A stretch of 41,276 nucleotides of DNA from a virus. Taxonomy: Duplodnaviria; Caudoviricetes. Both the position numbers and the translations under genes were made by a program. Below, in pieces: positions 8,202 through 16,182 of this stretch (positions are counted from its first letter, which is position 1; every line of letters starts with the position of its first letter). The stretch spans positions 1 to 41,276 of IMG/VR virus record IMGVR_UViG_3300036793_000278; one strand, written 5' to 3'. Under the pieces are notes generated by a model that saw only the letters and a list, made by a program, of their open reading frames with translations, did not search any database and was not told the origin of the DNA.

Positions 8202-8927
8202 TTACCAGAGTGTGGATGACCAGAATACGCGGCCTATGACCTCAATATCCTTCATCGCTGCTTCTTCGTCAGGCCACTCGCTTGAATTGTAACTCCTGAT
8301 CGTAAGCATCTCTGGTCCAGTTCGATAGAGCAGTTTCAATCTCTTCCAACCCCCCTGGTTAATGGCGTATAACTTTCCGTCAACAATCTTTTTGTCGTTG
8401 CAGTTAACCGCCACGGTAGTGCCTTCAGGAATGACCGGTTCCATGCTATTGCCATGAGCTGGAAAGCATAAGACTCCAGAGCCATCGGAATTAATACCTT
8501 TGCGACGTAAAGTCGCCTTAGAGAAGCGAAGCATAAATCCGTTGTAGTCCTCATCATTAAAGCTGCCATCACCACAGGCAAACTCAATATCCTTAAGGAA
8601 GGGGACTTCAACTTCATCCTGACCAAGGGGCGTATCGTGATCCCAAGCGTCAATCGGCAGCCATTCGCTTTCAGGAGGAAGATCAGAGTCAGGGTGATGG
8701 TCTGTAACTCCACCCCCTTTCATGGGCCCTGACTCATTAGCTAGCCATTCAGGGCGTACGCCCAGCGCCCTGGATATATCTATTATCTTAGTCGAGCTTT
8801 TGGCATTACCTGATGTAAGTTTTTGTATAGCCGCCTGACTAACCCCTGCTGACTTAGCAAGAGCCATCTGAGTCATTGCAGCTTCCCTTAGAGCCAGCTT
8901 TAATCGTTGCGCTAGTGTCGTTTTCAT
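8202..8927 (-). CDS. cI: CI repressor (HTH + S24 autocleavage domain)
   Basis: HTH TQMALAKSAGVSQAAIQKL; GNSMEP Ser and LKLL Lys; divergent from cro. Confidence 0.95.
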   Translation of the reverse strand: MKTTLAQRLKLALREAAMTQMALAKSAGVSQAAIQKLTSGNAKSSTKIIDISRALGVRPEWLANESGPMKGGGVTDHHPDSDLPPESEWLPIDAWDHDTPLGQDEVEVPFLKDIEFACGDGSFNDEDYNGFMLRFSKATLRRKGINSDGSGVLCFPAHGNSMEPVIPEGTTVAVNCNDKKIVDGKLYAINQGGWKRLKLLYRTGPEMLTIRSYNSSEWPDEEAAMKDIEVIGRVFWSSTLW

Positions 8928-8933
8928 AGGCAA

Positions 8934-9004
8934 AAAATACAACCATGGTATTGTTCGGTCAAACAACCAAAGTGCTTGCAAAATTACAACCATGGTTTTA
9001 ATAT
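8934..9004. promoter_or_regulatory. pRM/pR divergent promoters with three OR operators
   Basis: pR TTGCAA-17-TAATAT; pRM TTGACC-17-TATTTT; operators at 8939-8952, 8963-8976, 8986-8999 beginning ACAACC. Confidence 0.75.
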
Positions 9005-9035
9005 TGGTTGTATGGAAACAACGTAGGTGGTTTTT

Positions 9036-9263
9036 ATGAACCAGGTTATCAAAACCGCCATTGCCATTGTCGGCACGCAAAAGGAGTTAGCCAAAGCGTG
9101 CGGAGTTAGTCAGGCAGCTGTACAGAAATGGCTGCATGGCAAGGCAAAGGTGGCACCGCAAAACGTAGCATACCTTGTTGATGCTACAGGTGGGAAGGTC
9201 AAAGCATATCAGGTTCGCCCAGACCTACCGGGGTTATTCCCTAACCCAGAAAAAGCAGCATAA
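9036..9263 (+). CDS. cro: Cro repressor
   Basis: Short HTH GTQKELAKACGVSQAAVQKWL, C-terminal RPDL. Confidence 0.9.
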   Translation: MNQVIKTAIAIVGTQKELAKACGVSQAAVQKWLHGKAKVAPQNVAYLVDATGGKVKAYQVRPDLPGLFPNPEKAA

Positions 9264-9270
9264 GCAACAC

Positions 9271-9309
9271 CGCTCTTTAACATCCTGCTCTCCCTCGGAA
9301 CACCAGGGA
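9271..9309 (+). promoter_or_regulatory. nutR (boxA CGCTCTTTAA, boxB TCCCTCGG-AACA-CCAGGGA)
   Basis: Perfect boxA just after cro, followed by a hairpin. Confidence 0.75.
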
Positions 9310-9374
9310 ACCAATTTAACTGACGATGCTACTGCTTCGTCACGTAACTCATTTATCTAAGGGAAGTATTACAA

Positions 9375-9671
9375 ATGGAACACGCAAACTACAGCAAACC
9401 AACTCCGCGAGAGATTGACCGCGCAGAGACAGACCTTCTGATCACACTGTCACAACTTACCGGAAGAACCTTTGCAGAGCTTGCTGGATGGCATGAATCG
9501 AAGGTGAGCCGCATGAACTGGCGTGATATCGCCACAGTTTTCTGCATAGCCAGGATGGCGGTTGAAGTGAGTCCTATCGGAAGGACGATGCAGGAAATTT
9601 ATCAGGCTATCGGAAAGAAAAAAGCCCCGGCTGCAACCGAGGCTAATTCACAAATAACACTAAATTTCTGA
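9375..9671 (+). CDS. cII: CII transcriptional activator
   Basis: GWHESKVSR helix, KKKAPAATEANSQITLNF tail; position after cro. Confidence 0.9.
   Translation: MEHANYSKPTPREIDRAETDLLITLSQLTGRTFAELAGWHESKVSRMNWRDIATVFCIARMAVEVSPIGRTMQEIYQAIGKKKAPAATEANSQITLNF
9384..9397 (-). promoter_or_regulatory. pRE CII-binding site TTGC-N6-TTGC
   Basis: TTGCTGTAGTTTGC on minus strand overlapping the cII 5' end, as in lambda. Confidence 0.7.
9618..9644 (-). terminator. Terminator of a probable OOP-like antisense RNA to cII
   Basis: Minus-strand hairpin plus U-tract inside the cII 3' end. Confidence 0.5.
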
Positions 9672-9680
9672 GGTAATTAT

Positions 9681-9959
9681 ATGCGAAACAAGCCGTATTA
9701 CCAACAAGAACCACACACAGAAGTGAAGCGAGCAAGATTCCTTCAGGGCATGGATAAGCGAATGGCAAAGACTTTCGCCAATGTAGCGAAACTTGAGCTT
9801 TACAAGGCCAAGGCAAGGTCTCTACTCGCCTCTCTTCCAAAAGAGGACGGTTACTCATTAATCCCCAATGAATTCCTTGAGTCGCTGATGAAAGAGGATT
9901 TCGAAGCAGAACAGTTCAACGAAGTACTACGAATTTTTCGTAGTGGGAGCGGTTCATGA
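9681..9959 (+). CDS. Hypothetical protein upstream of the initiator
   Basis: GAGG RBS; ATGA overlap with initiator gene. Confidence 0.65.
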   Translation: MRNKPYYQQEPHTEVKRARFLQGMDKRMAKTFANVAKLELYKAKARSLLASLPKEDGYSLIPNEFLESLMKEDFEAEQFNEVLRIFRSGSGS

Positions 9960-10858
9960 GTAACGTTAGCAATCTTGCTGAAGCCAGATTCGCCAGGCAG
10001 CAGCAAGAAACACCGAAAAGCGCCGGTAAGGGGTTTGCCTTGCTGCATCGTAAAATTATGGATGTGCCTTTCTACAGGGAGCCTGATGCCGCTCATCTGT
10101 TCGTGCATCTCATCCTGAGAGCAAATTATGAGCCAACGATGGTTTCAACAGAGATAGGTGATGTGCTCTGCCAGCGCGGGGAGTTCATAACTGGCAGAAA
10201 CACGCTTTCCATTGAAACAGGAATCACTCCAGATCGTGTTAAAGCGCTCCTCAGAAAGTTTAAAAATCTCGGCATGATTTCCACCACATCAAACAACAGA
10301 TTTACCGTTTTGAAGGTGGTGAAATATGACGATTATCAGCAAATCAATTGTCCAGCCGGTGTCCAGCCGGTGTCCAGCGCGAAGCAGCATGACACAAGGC
10401 CTGACACGGAAGAGTGTCCAGCCAGTGTCCAGCCGTTGTCCACAGATAATAAATACTTAAATAACTTACTACCTAACGGTAGTAAGTATGTCGCCTCAGC
10501 CGAAGAAAAACAGTCTGAAAAAACACCGCGATTATCATGTGAGGAAGTCTGGCAGGCACTGCGAGAATGTGTTCCTGATGCACGAGGATGGAATGCGCTA
10601 ACTCCTAAGCGAAAAACGCTGATCCAGAAATTCTGGAGAGAAGCTAAACCCATTGCTAAGCAGCTTGGTGACAATGAGCCGTTTGGCATGTCGGCGTTCA
10701 GGCAATACCTGGAATATCTCCATACCTCATGCCGATGGATGTTTGAACAGCGCCATGACCAGAAAACCGGAAAGACATGGCAGAAGCGTAACTACGAATT
10801 TATTTTGAACTCCGAGCTTTATGCTCAGGTTCGAGAAGGAGATCGGGATGACCGATGA
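9956..10858 (+). CDS. Replication initiator (O/gp18-like)
   Basis: Position; winged-helix-like N-terminus; internal iterons. Confidence 0.85.
   Translation: MSNVSNLAEARFARQQQETPKSAGKGFALLHRKIMDVPFYREPDAAHLFVHLILRANYEPTMVSTEIGDVLCQRGEFITGRNTLSIETGITPDRVKALLRKFKNLGMISTTSNNRFTVLKVVKYDDYQQINCPAGVQPVSSAKQHDTRPDTEECPASVQPLSTDNKYLNNLLPNGSKYVASAEEKQSEKTPRLSCEEVWQALRECVPDARGWNALTPKRKTLIQKFWREAKPIAKQLGDNEPFGMSAFRQYLEYLHTSCRWMFEQRHDQKTGKTWQKRNYEFILNSELYAQVREGDRDDR
10349..10470. repeat. Origin of replication: six 11-bp iterons (TGTCCAGCC core) plus AT-rich tract
   Basis: Copies at 10349, 10360, 10371, 10415, 10426, 10437 followed by AATAAATACTTAAATAACTTA. Confidence 0.8.
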
Positions 10859-13271
10859 CTACAAATTACCGCCAAACAGCTACGAGGACGAGCGGGCTGT
10901 GCTGGGGTCAGTCTTGATAGACGCGCGGAGCGACAACGTTCAGCGCGTTTTTTCTTTCCTGACCAGCGAGATGTTTTACAACCGCCAGCACGGCGTTATC
11001 TACCAGACCATGCGCAACATGAACAACGGCAATCAGACCATTGACCTGCTGACCGTTCACGCCTCGCTTGAGGCATCCGGGAAGATTGATGACATTGGAG
11101 GTTTTGCATATCTGGCAGAGCTGTCTCGTGATACCCCAAGCTCTGCAAACGTCATGGCTTACGCTAACCGAGTCAAAGACACCTCGACAGAGCGCATGGC
11201 TATTGAACAGGCAAATCGCATCCTTGAGGTGCTTTACACTCGCTCAGGAATGACCACCGCGCAAAAGCTCGAAGCATTCCAGACAATGGCTATGAAAGTC
11301 GATGAGCGCTCAAGGTCGGGTAATCATCGCGGACTGGTGTCATTCCGTGATGCGTTCAACGATTGGACTTACAAAGTCGGTGAGCGTCTGGAGGGTAATA
11401 CCGCATCCCTTGGTATCACCTCAGGAATTGAGGCGCTGGATGAGATGCTAGAGCCGAAACGAATCGTGCGCGGATCCCTTTTCGTTGTCGGTGCAAGGCC
11501 AAAGATGGGGAAAGCCATGCCGATGGAATCGAAAATCCTTCTCAGCGATGGGACGTGGACGACTCATGGGGAGATCCAAGTGGGTCAAAAAATAGCGTCT
11601 GTAGATGGGCGGTCATCTGTAGTTACTGGCATATTCCCGCAAGGCGTAAGACGGATGTTTGAAATCACCTTTGAAGACGGAAGAACTGCAAAGGCAGCAG
11701 ATTCTCACTTATGGGAAATTAGCTCATCCAAGTTTAAAGGTAGCCGAACCGTTGATACCGAGAAGCTTCAGCAGATGCTAGAAAAAACTAGATACCAAGG
11801 TCGCTTGTGCGTGCCATCTGTCTCAGGCGACTTCGGGAAGAGCCAAGAGCAAATCGACGGGTGGGTGCTTGGCGCATTACTTGGGGACGGATCGCTCATG
11901 AGTGGCGTTAAATTTACGAATTCTGAGCGCTATGTTCTAAGTAGAATGGAGGAAAGTGTTCACCCTCTTCGCATGGTTAAAACAGGAGAAAACGACTACC
12001 TGATAAGCAATCAGAAAGGGAAGAAAAATCCATTAATTGAAAAAATAAGAGATCTCGGTTTGTTCGGAAAGTCAGCATGCCAGAAACATATACCGGATTT
12101 TGTATTTTCTTCAGATAAAGAGACTCGAATAGGAGTACTGACTGGTCTACTTGAAACGGATGGTTGGGTAGAAAAATTTGGCAGCATTCGCTTCTCTTCG
12201 TCTAGCAAAAAACTAGCAGAAGGGGTTGTGAGATTAGTGCATTCTCTTGGTGGCACGGCAAAAGAAACCATGAGAACCGACATATCCTATACCTACAAAG
12301 GCGAAACTCGTACAGGAATGGATGCTCAAATGGTTAGCCTTAAGTTACCTGATGTGATTATCAGCAGGATTGAATCACCAAGAATTCGAGAAAATTTGGG
12401 AATCAACCGACTAGGGAATCGAGGGGTAGGCGTTAGGTCGGTAGTGGAGATTCCGGCAGAAGAGTGTTTGTGCATTATGGTTTCTCATCCGCGCCACCTG
12501 TACGTCACTGATGATTATCTCGTAACCCACAACACGACCGTCTACCAGAAAATGGCTATCCACTGTGCACTGGTTGAAAACCTTCCAACGGTAGCTTTCA
12601 GCCTTGAGATGCCAAAAGACCAGATGGTAGAACGTATCGTGTCCCAGCACAGCCGGGTTAACTCGAATGTTTTCTACCAGAACGGCTACGAAGAAAACAA
12701 GTTTGCAATGGCGCTGGCGAAGGGAAGCGAGCTGGCTGACAACGACAACCTGTTTATCGACGATACCCCGGGGTTATCTTTGGCTCACATTGTTTCAGAG
12801 TCACGTCGCATTAAGAGGGAGCGCGGTCAGATTGGGATGATCCTGGTTGACTACCTGACACTGATGACTGCAGAAAAGGCGGATACAGAGGCTCAGGCAT
12901 ACGGGATTATCACCAAAGGTCTGAAGGTTCTGGCGAAAGAGCTTAACTGCGTTGTGGTACTTCTGACGCAGCTTAATCGCGGATCTGAAGCTCGCGCAAA
13001 CAAACGCCCGGTTCCGAGTGACTCGCGCTCTACTGGTCAGATTGAGCAGGATTGCGATTATTGGATGGGCATCTACCGAGAAGCCGAGGACAATGACGCA
13101 GTAACCGACAACGAAACTGAGCTTCTTCTTCGCCTTAATCGACACGGGCAAACTGGCACTGTCTACGCAGATCAGCGCAACGGCATTCTGTATGACGTTG
13201 ACCAGATGCAGGCGCAGCGCCGAATTGCTGACCGGGAATCAACCAAAAACCAACGCAAGGGAGGATTCTGA
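10848..13271 (+). CDS. dnaB: DnaB-like replicative helicase with intein (807-aa precursor, 467 aa spliced)
   Basis: Walker A GARPKMGK/T, FSLEM, ILVDYL, TQLNR, STGQIEQDCD. Confidence 0.95.
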   Translation: MTDDYKLPPNSYEDERAVLGSVLIDARSDNVQRVFSFLTSEMFYNRQHGVIYQTMRNMNNGNQTIDLLTVHASLEASGKIDDIGGFAYLAELSRDTPSSANVMAYANRVKDTSTERMAIEQANRILEVLYTRSGMTTAQKLEAFQTMAMKVDERSRSGNHRGLVSFRDAFNDWTYKVGERLEGNTASLGITSGIEALDEMLEPKRIVRGSLFVVGARPKMGKAMPMESKILLSDGTWTTHGEIQVGQKIASVDGRSSVVTGIFPQGVRRMFEITFEDGRTAKAADSHLWEISSSKFKGSRTVDTEKLQQMLEKTRYQGRLCVPSVSGDFGKSQEQIDGWVLGALLGDGSLMSGVKFTNSERYVLSRMEESVHPLRMVKTGENDYLISNQKGKKNPLIEKIRDLGLFGKSACQKHIPDFVFSSDKETRIGVLTGLLETDGWVEKFGSIRFSSSSKKLAEGVVRLVHSLGGTAKETMRTDISYTYKGETRTGMDAQMVSLKLPDVIISRIESPRIRENLGINRLGNRGVGVRSVVEIPAEECLCIMVSHPRHLYVTDDYLVTHNTTVYQKMAIHCALVENLPTVAFSLEMPKDQMVERIVSQHSRVNSNVFYQNGYEENKFAMALAKGSELADNDNLFIDDTPGLSLAHIVSESRRIKRERGQIGMILVDYLTLMTAEKADTEAQAYGIITKGLKVLAKELNCVVVLLTQLNRGSEARANKRPVPSDSRSTGQIEQDCDYWMGIYREAEDNDAVTDNETELLLRLNRHGQTGTVYADQRNGILYDVDQMQAQRRIADRESTKNQRKGGF
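11514..12533 (+). mobile_element. Class-3 intein with LAGLIDADG homing endonuclease (340 aa)
   Basis: Splits Walker A; starts Ala, ends THN/T; block B SHLW, block F CLCIMV; LGALLGDG and LTGLLETDG motifs. Confidence 0.92.
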
Positions 13272-13528
13272 TGTCCACTGTTGAATCTGTTGTGAAAAGC
13301 TACATGGACGCAAGAGGAATCAAACGGAAGACCATTGCAACCAGACTGAAATTATCAGTTTGGCAATTCAATAACTTTATCTCACAGGACGAACCAAGCC
13401 CGGCAGCGAGGCAACTGATCGCAACAGCGCTAGGTTTAACGCTCAGGGATTTAGACGAAATGTGCCGTGAGTATGCGGAGATTAACAAGATGCTCATGGA
13501 GGCAAGAAGTGAACGAAGCCATGCATGA
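13271..13528 (+). CDS. Putative HTH DNA-binding protein
   Basis: XRE-like helix pattern; coupled to dnaB stop. Confidence 0.6.
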   Translation: MSTVESVVKSYMDARGIKRKTIATRLKLSVWQFNNFISQDEPSPAARQLIATALGLTLRDLDEMCREYAEINKMLMEARSERSHA

Positions 13529-13781
13529 ACTGCTAACCAACCCACGTTTCGCCGCGGTGGTTGATAGGTGTCTTGATGAACCAGAGCTTATCGAACAGTT
13601 TGAAAGGCTCATTGGCGTTAAGCGGCCACTGGAGAGACGCCACCCACTCGAAGTTATGGTTGATAAAGCAACTGGCTTCGAACAGTCGCAATGGGAATCT
13701 TTCTTCAAAGAGTTTATCCCATTCGTATACCGCTGAGTGTGGCTTACCTGGCCTGAGCGCAACAATGAGGAGTGCTGGTAA
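13521..13781 (+). pseudogene. Hypothetical nin-region gene with in-frame TGA at 13734
   Basis: Frame continues VWLTWPERNNEECW to TAA at 13779-13781, next to the following start. Confidence 0.45.
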
Positions 13782-13814
13782 TAATGAACCCCTACACCGC
13801 TGAACTATTTTCCG

Positions 13815-13847
13815 GGCTGCTGACCATCATCGCAGCCTTTTTTATTT
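13815..13847 (+). terminator. nin-region intrinsic terminator
   Basis: GGCTGC..GCAGCC followed by TTTTTTATTT. Confidence 0.65.
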
Positions 13848-13869
13848 GAGCTGCTGGGAGGAAAGAGAA

Positions 13870-14052
13870 GTGAGCAAGTATGAAAAATTGGATGCTGACA
13901 TCGTTTCAATGCTGGGAGGAAAGCCGACACCGGTTTTTGACATTTGGCTACGATGGCGAGAAGAGGTCCTGAACATCAACGTAATAGACCGCCGAATGCA
14001 GCACCTGAAGAAAAAGGGCCTTGTATCAAACGTTCGCGGAAAGGGTGGATAA
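13870..14052 (+). CDS. Hypothetical nin-region protein, possibly C-terminally frameshifted
   Basis: GTG start after GGAGG; ends GKGG-stop. Confidence 0.55.
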   Translation: MSKYEKLDADIVSMLGGKPTPVFDIWLRWREEVLNINVIDRRMQHLKKKGLVSNVRGKGG

Positions 14053-14082
14053 GGATTGGTCGCTATGAGTAACGGAGGGGAT

Positions 14083-14403
14083 ATGGAAAGTAAATCAAGA
14101 GCGGATTTCGAGTCGTGGGCGAAGTCAGAAGGGTTTTCAGTAGCAAGGGGAATCCCAAAGGACTGCGTAAGTGCGATTTACACAGATGGTGAAACCTACT
14201 GCCTGTGGCAAGCATGGCAAGCTAGCAGATCAGCGCTCGTTGTTGAAATTGCCAGCCACACTGAATTCGAAATCGAGCACATGGCATCACCGGATAAAGA
14301 AGGGTACGCCATTGGTTGGATTGATGGTCGAAACTACAGCGTGAAGCAAGTTCGCTCAGCCGGGATAACCGTTAAAGGAGAAGGGGATGATACACAACCT
14401 TAA
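14083..14403 (+). CDS. Hypothetical nin-region protein
   Basis: SRADFESW...WQAWQASR motif common in lambdoid nin genes. Confidence 0.65.
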   Translation: MESKSRADFESWAKSEGFSVARGIPKDCVSAIYTDGETYCLWQAWQASRSALVVEIASHTEFEIEHMASPDKEGYAIGWIDGRNYSVKQVRSAGITVKGEGDDTQP

Positions 14404-14623
14404 AATCCTTCCTGAACACTATCTTCCAGTGATGGAAGGCAAGAAACTGGCAGAGCTTCGGCTGAATGACAGGGATTTCCAAGCCGGTGACTTTCTACAC
14501 CTGCAAGAGTTCTATAAGGGAAACTATACCGGCGAGTGCTGCACAGCAGAAGTTATTCACGTTGCAGATGTCGGCGCATATCTCGCGGGATATGTGTTAC
14601 TGAGCATCAAAATAACGGAGTAA
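14387..14623 (+). CDS. ASCH/PUA-like (DUF3850) protein
   Basis: HNLKILPEHY..GKKLAELRLNDRDFQAGDFL.LQE. Confidence 0.8.
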   Translation: MIHNLKILPEHYLPVMEGKKLAELRLNDRDFQAGDFLHLQEFYKGNYTGECCTAEVIHVADVGAYLAGYVLLSIKITE

Positions 14624-14625
14624 CA

Positions 14626-15075
14626 ATGCAAATCGACCTGGTTAAACACCCAGGCGGCGTATTCTCTCCAGCACATGAAACAGACCTCGAAAGACTCCAG
14701 CGATTCAAGAACGGCGAAACCTACACCGCCGAGATAAAGCTAACCCGTAACCCTCAATTTCATCGCAAAGTTCTCGCGTTTTTTTGGTTCTGCTTCCATC
14801 ACTGGAATGCGGATAACGCTGGAATGGGCAGCGCCAGTGAAAGAGCGCAATTCAAACGCTTTCGTAATGACCTGACGATTCTCGCCGGGTACTACGAAAC
14901 AGTTGTGAACATTCGCGGCGATCTGAGGGCTGAGGCTAAGAGTATCTCATACGCCAACATGGAGCAGGATGAGTTCGAGGAGCTATACAGTGCGCTGATT
15001 AACGCCGCCATTAAACACGTATTCGCCGGTACTGAAGACCAGCGGATACTCAACCAACTACAGAGTTATTTTTGA
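14626..15075 (+). CDS. DUF1367-family protein
   Basis: RNPQFHRK..AKSISYANMEQDEFEELY. Confidence 0.8.
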   Translation: MQIDLVKHPGGVFSPAHETDLERLQRFKNGETYTAEIKLTRNPQFHRKVLAFFWFCFHHWNADNAGMGSASERAQFKRFRNDLTILAGYYETVVNIRGDLRAEAKSISYANMEQDEFEELYSALINAAIKHVFAGTEDQRILNQLQSYF

Positions 15076-15084
15076 GGAAAACTC

Positions 15085-15633
15085 ATGAGTGACTACAACG
15101 GAAGCAATACCCCGCTCGACATTCGTGACCTTTGGCAGACCCCGCCAGAGATTTACGCAGGTTTAGATCGTGAATTCGGCTTTACCGGCGACGCGGCCGC
15201 CAGCGACAGGAACCATCTTCACCCGCGATACCTGACAGAAGCTGACGACGCGCTTTCGTGTGACTGGTCTGATGCATTCCATGCCGGTTACGTGTGGTGC
15301 AACCCACCTTACAGCGACATCACTCCATGGGTCGAGCAGGCGGCCAGGTCATCAGCTAATGGCGGCGTGGGCGTGGTAATGCTCGTGCCGGCAGATATGT
15401 CTGTGGGCTGGTTCAGGCTGGCGCTGGAGACGGTTAGCGAGGTGAGGATTATCACAGGCGGGCGCATCTCTTTTGTCCGTGCTGATAACCTGCAGGCGGT
15501 TAACGGGAACAACAAAGGCTCAATGCTTCTCATCTGGAATCCAATGAGGCGCGGCGTATGTCTGACGAGCTATGTCGATCGGAATGAGCTAATCGAGGCT
15601 GGCAGAAAGATTCTGCAAAGTGAGGCGGCATGA
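15085..15633 (+). CDS. dam: Phage DNA N6-adenine methyltransferase (Dam family)
   Basis: DLWQTPP, WCNPPYS, VMLVP motifs. Confidence 0.9.
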   Translation: MSDYNGSNTPLDIRDLWQTPPEIYAGLDREFGFTGDAAASDRNHLHPRYLTEADDALSCDWSDAFHAGYVWCNPPYSDITPWVEQAARSSANGGVGVVMLVPADMSVGWFRLALETVSEVRIITGGRISFVRADNLQAVNGNNKGSMLLIWNPMRRGVCLTSYVDRNELIEAGRKILQSEAA

Positions 15634-15803
15634 AGCGAACCCGAAGCCCAACACAGAAAGCTCTCGACAACCTCATCTTCAACGTCCGACACCGCAGTAA
15701 ACGCAAGCCTGAACCACTCCCATCCGAAATCAAGACTTACGACCCGATATGGCCGCTTCTGTCAAAGCGCTGGCTGCGGGTTAAATCGAGGAAATCAGCA
15801 TGA
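15630..15803 (+). CDS. ninE: NinE-like protein (57 aa, not in ORF track)
   Basis: MKRTRSPTQKALDNLIF..PSEIKTYD..RWLR; ATGA overlaps at both ends. Confidence 0.7.
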   Translation: MKRTRSPTQKALDNLIFNVRHRSKRKPEPLPSEIKTYDPIWPLLSKRWLRVKSRKSA

Positions 15804-16009
15804 CCCTTTCAACTGTGAAAGAAGAACTTGAGGCAGCCAAATGGGATGTAAGCCAAGCGCAGAAGGAGCTAAGCAAATATCACCAATATAACGAGTCCGG
15901 GAAGGATTATGTCGTGATGGCAGCAAAACGTGAGCTTGAGTGGGCCTTACAGAGAATTCACCGGGCTTTGATGATTGACTCCGGTAGAGAAGTTGAGGTG
16001 CCGAGGTGA
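15800..16009 (+). CDS. Hypothetical protein
   Basis: Translationally coupled ORF in nin region. Confidence 0.6.
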   Translation: MTLSTVKEELEAAKWDVSQAQKELSKYHQYNESGKDYVVMAAKRELEWALQRIHRALMIDSGREVEVPR

Positions 16010-16182
16010 TGCTAACCCCATCTGAAACCACATCATACGAACGCAACAGCAACACAGCAGCTGGTCTATGTGCTGGTTGTGCAAAGTTGCTTGATGATGA
16101 CGAAGTGCATGTTTGTGGGAGGTGCAGCAAGGAATTCACGAGGAGGGGCGCAGATGAAAGTGCCGAAGGGTCGAAACTGTAG
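16009..16182 (+). CDS. ninF: NinF-like protein (57 aa, not in ORF track)
   Basis: CAGCAKLLDDDEVHVCGRC zinc motif; upstream of ninG. Confidence 0.7.
   Translation: MLTPSETTSYERNSNTAAGLCAGCAKLLDDDEVHVCGRCSKEFTRRGADESAEGSKL

Noticed and set aside
8928-9080. 51-aa extension of CI in ORF track
   Set aside because: Runs through OR and cro; the HTH begins at ATG 8927
10349-10447. Short repeats as a CRISPR-like array
   Set aside because: 11-bp units without spacers, inside the initiator gene; these are iterons
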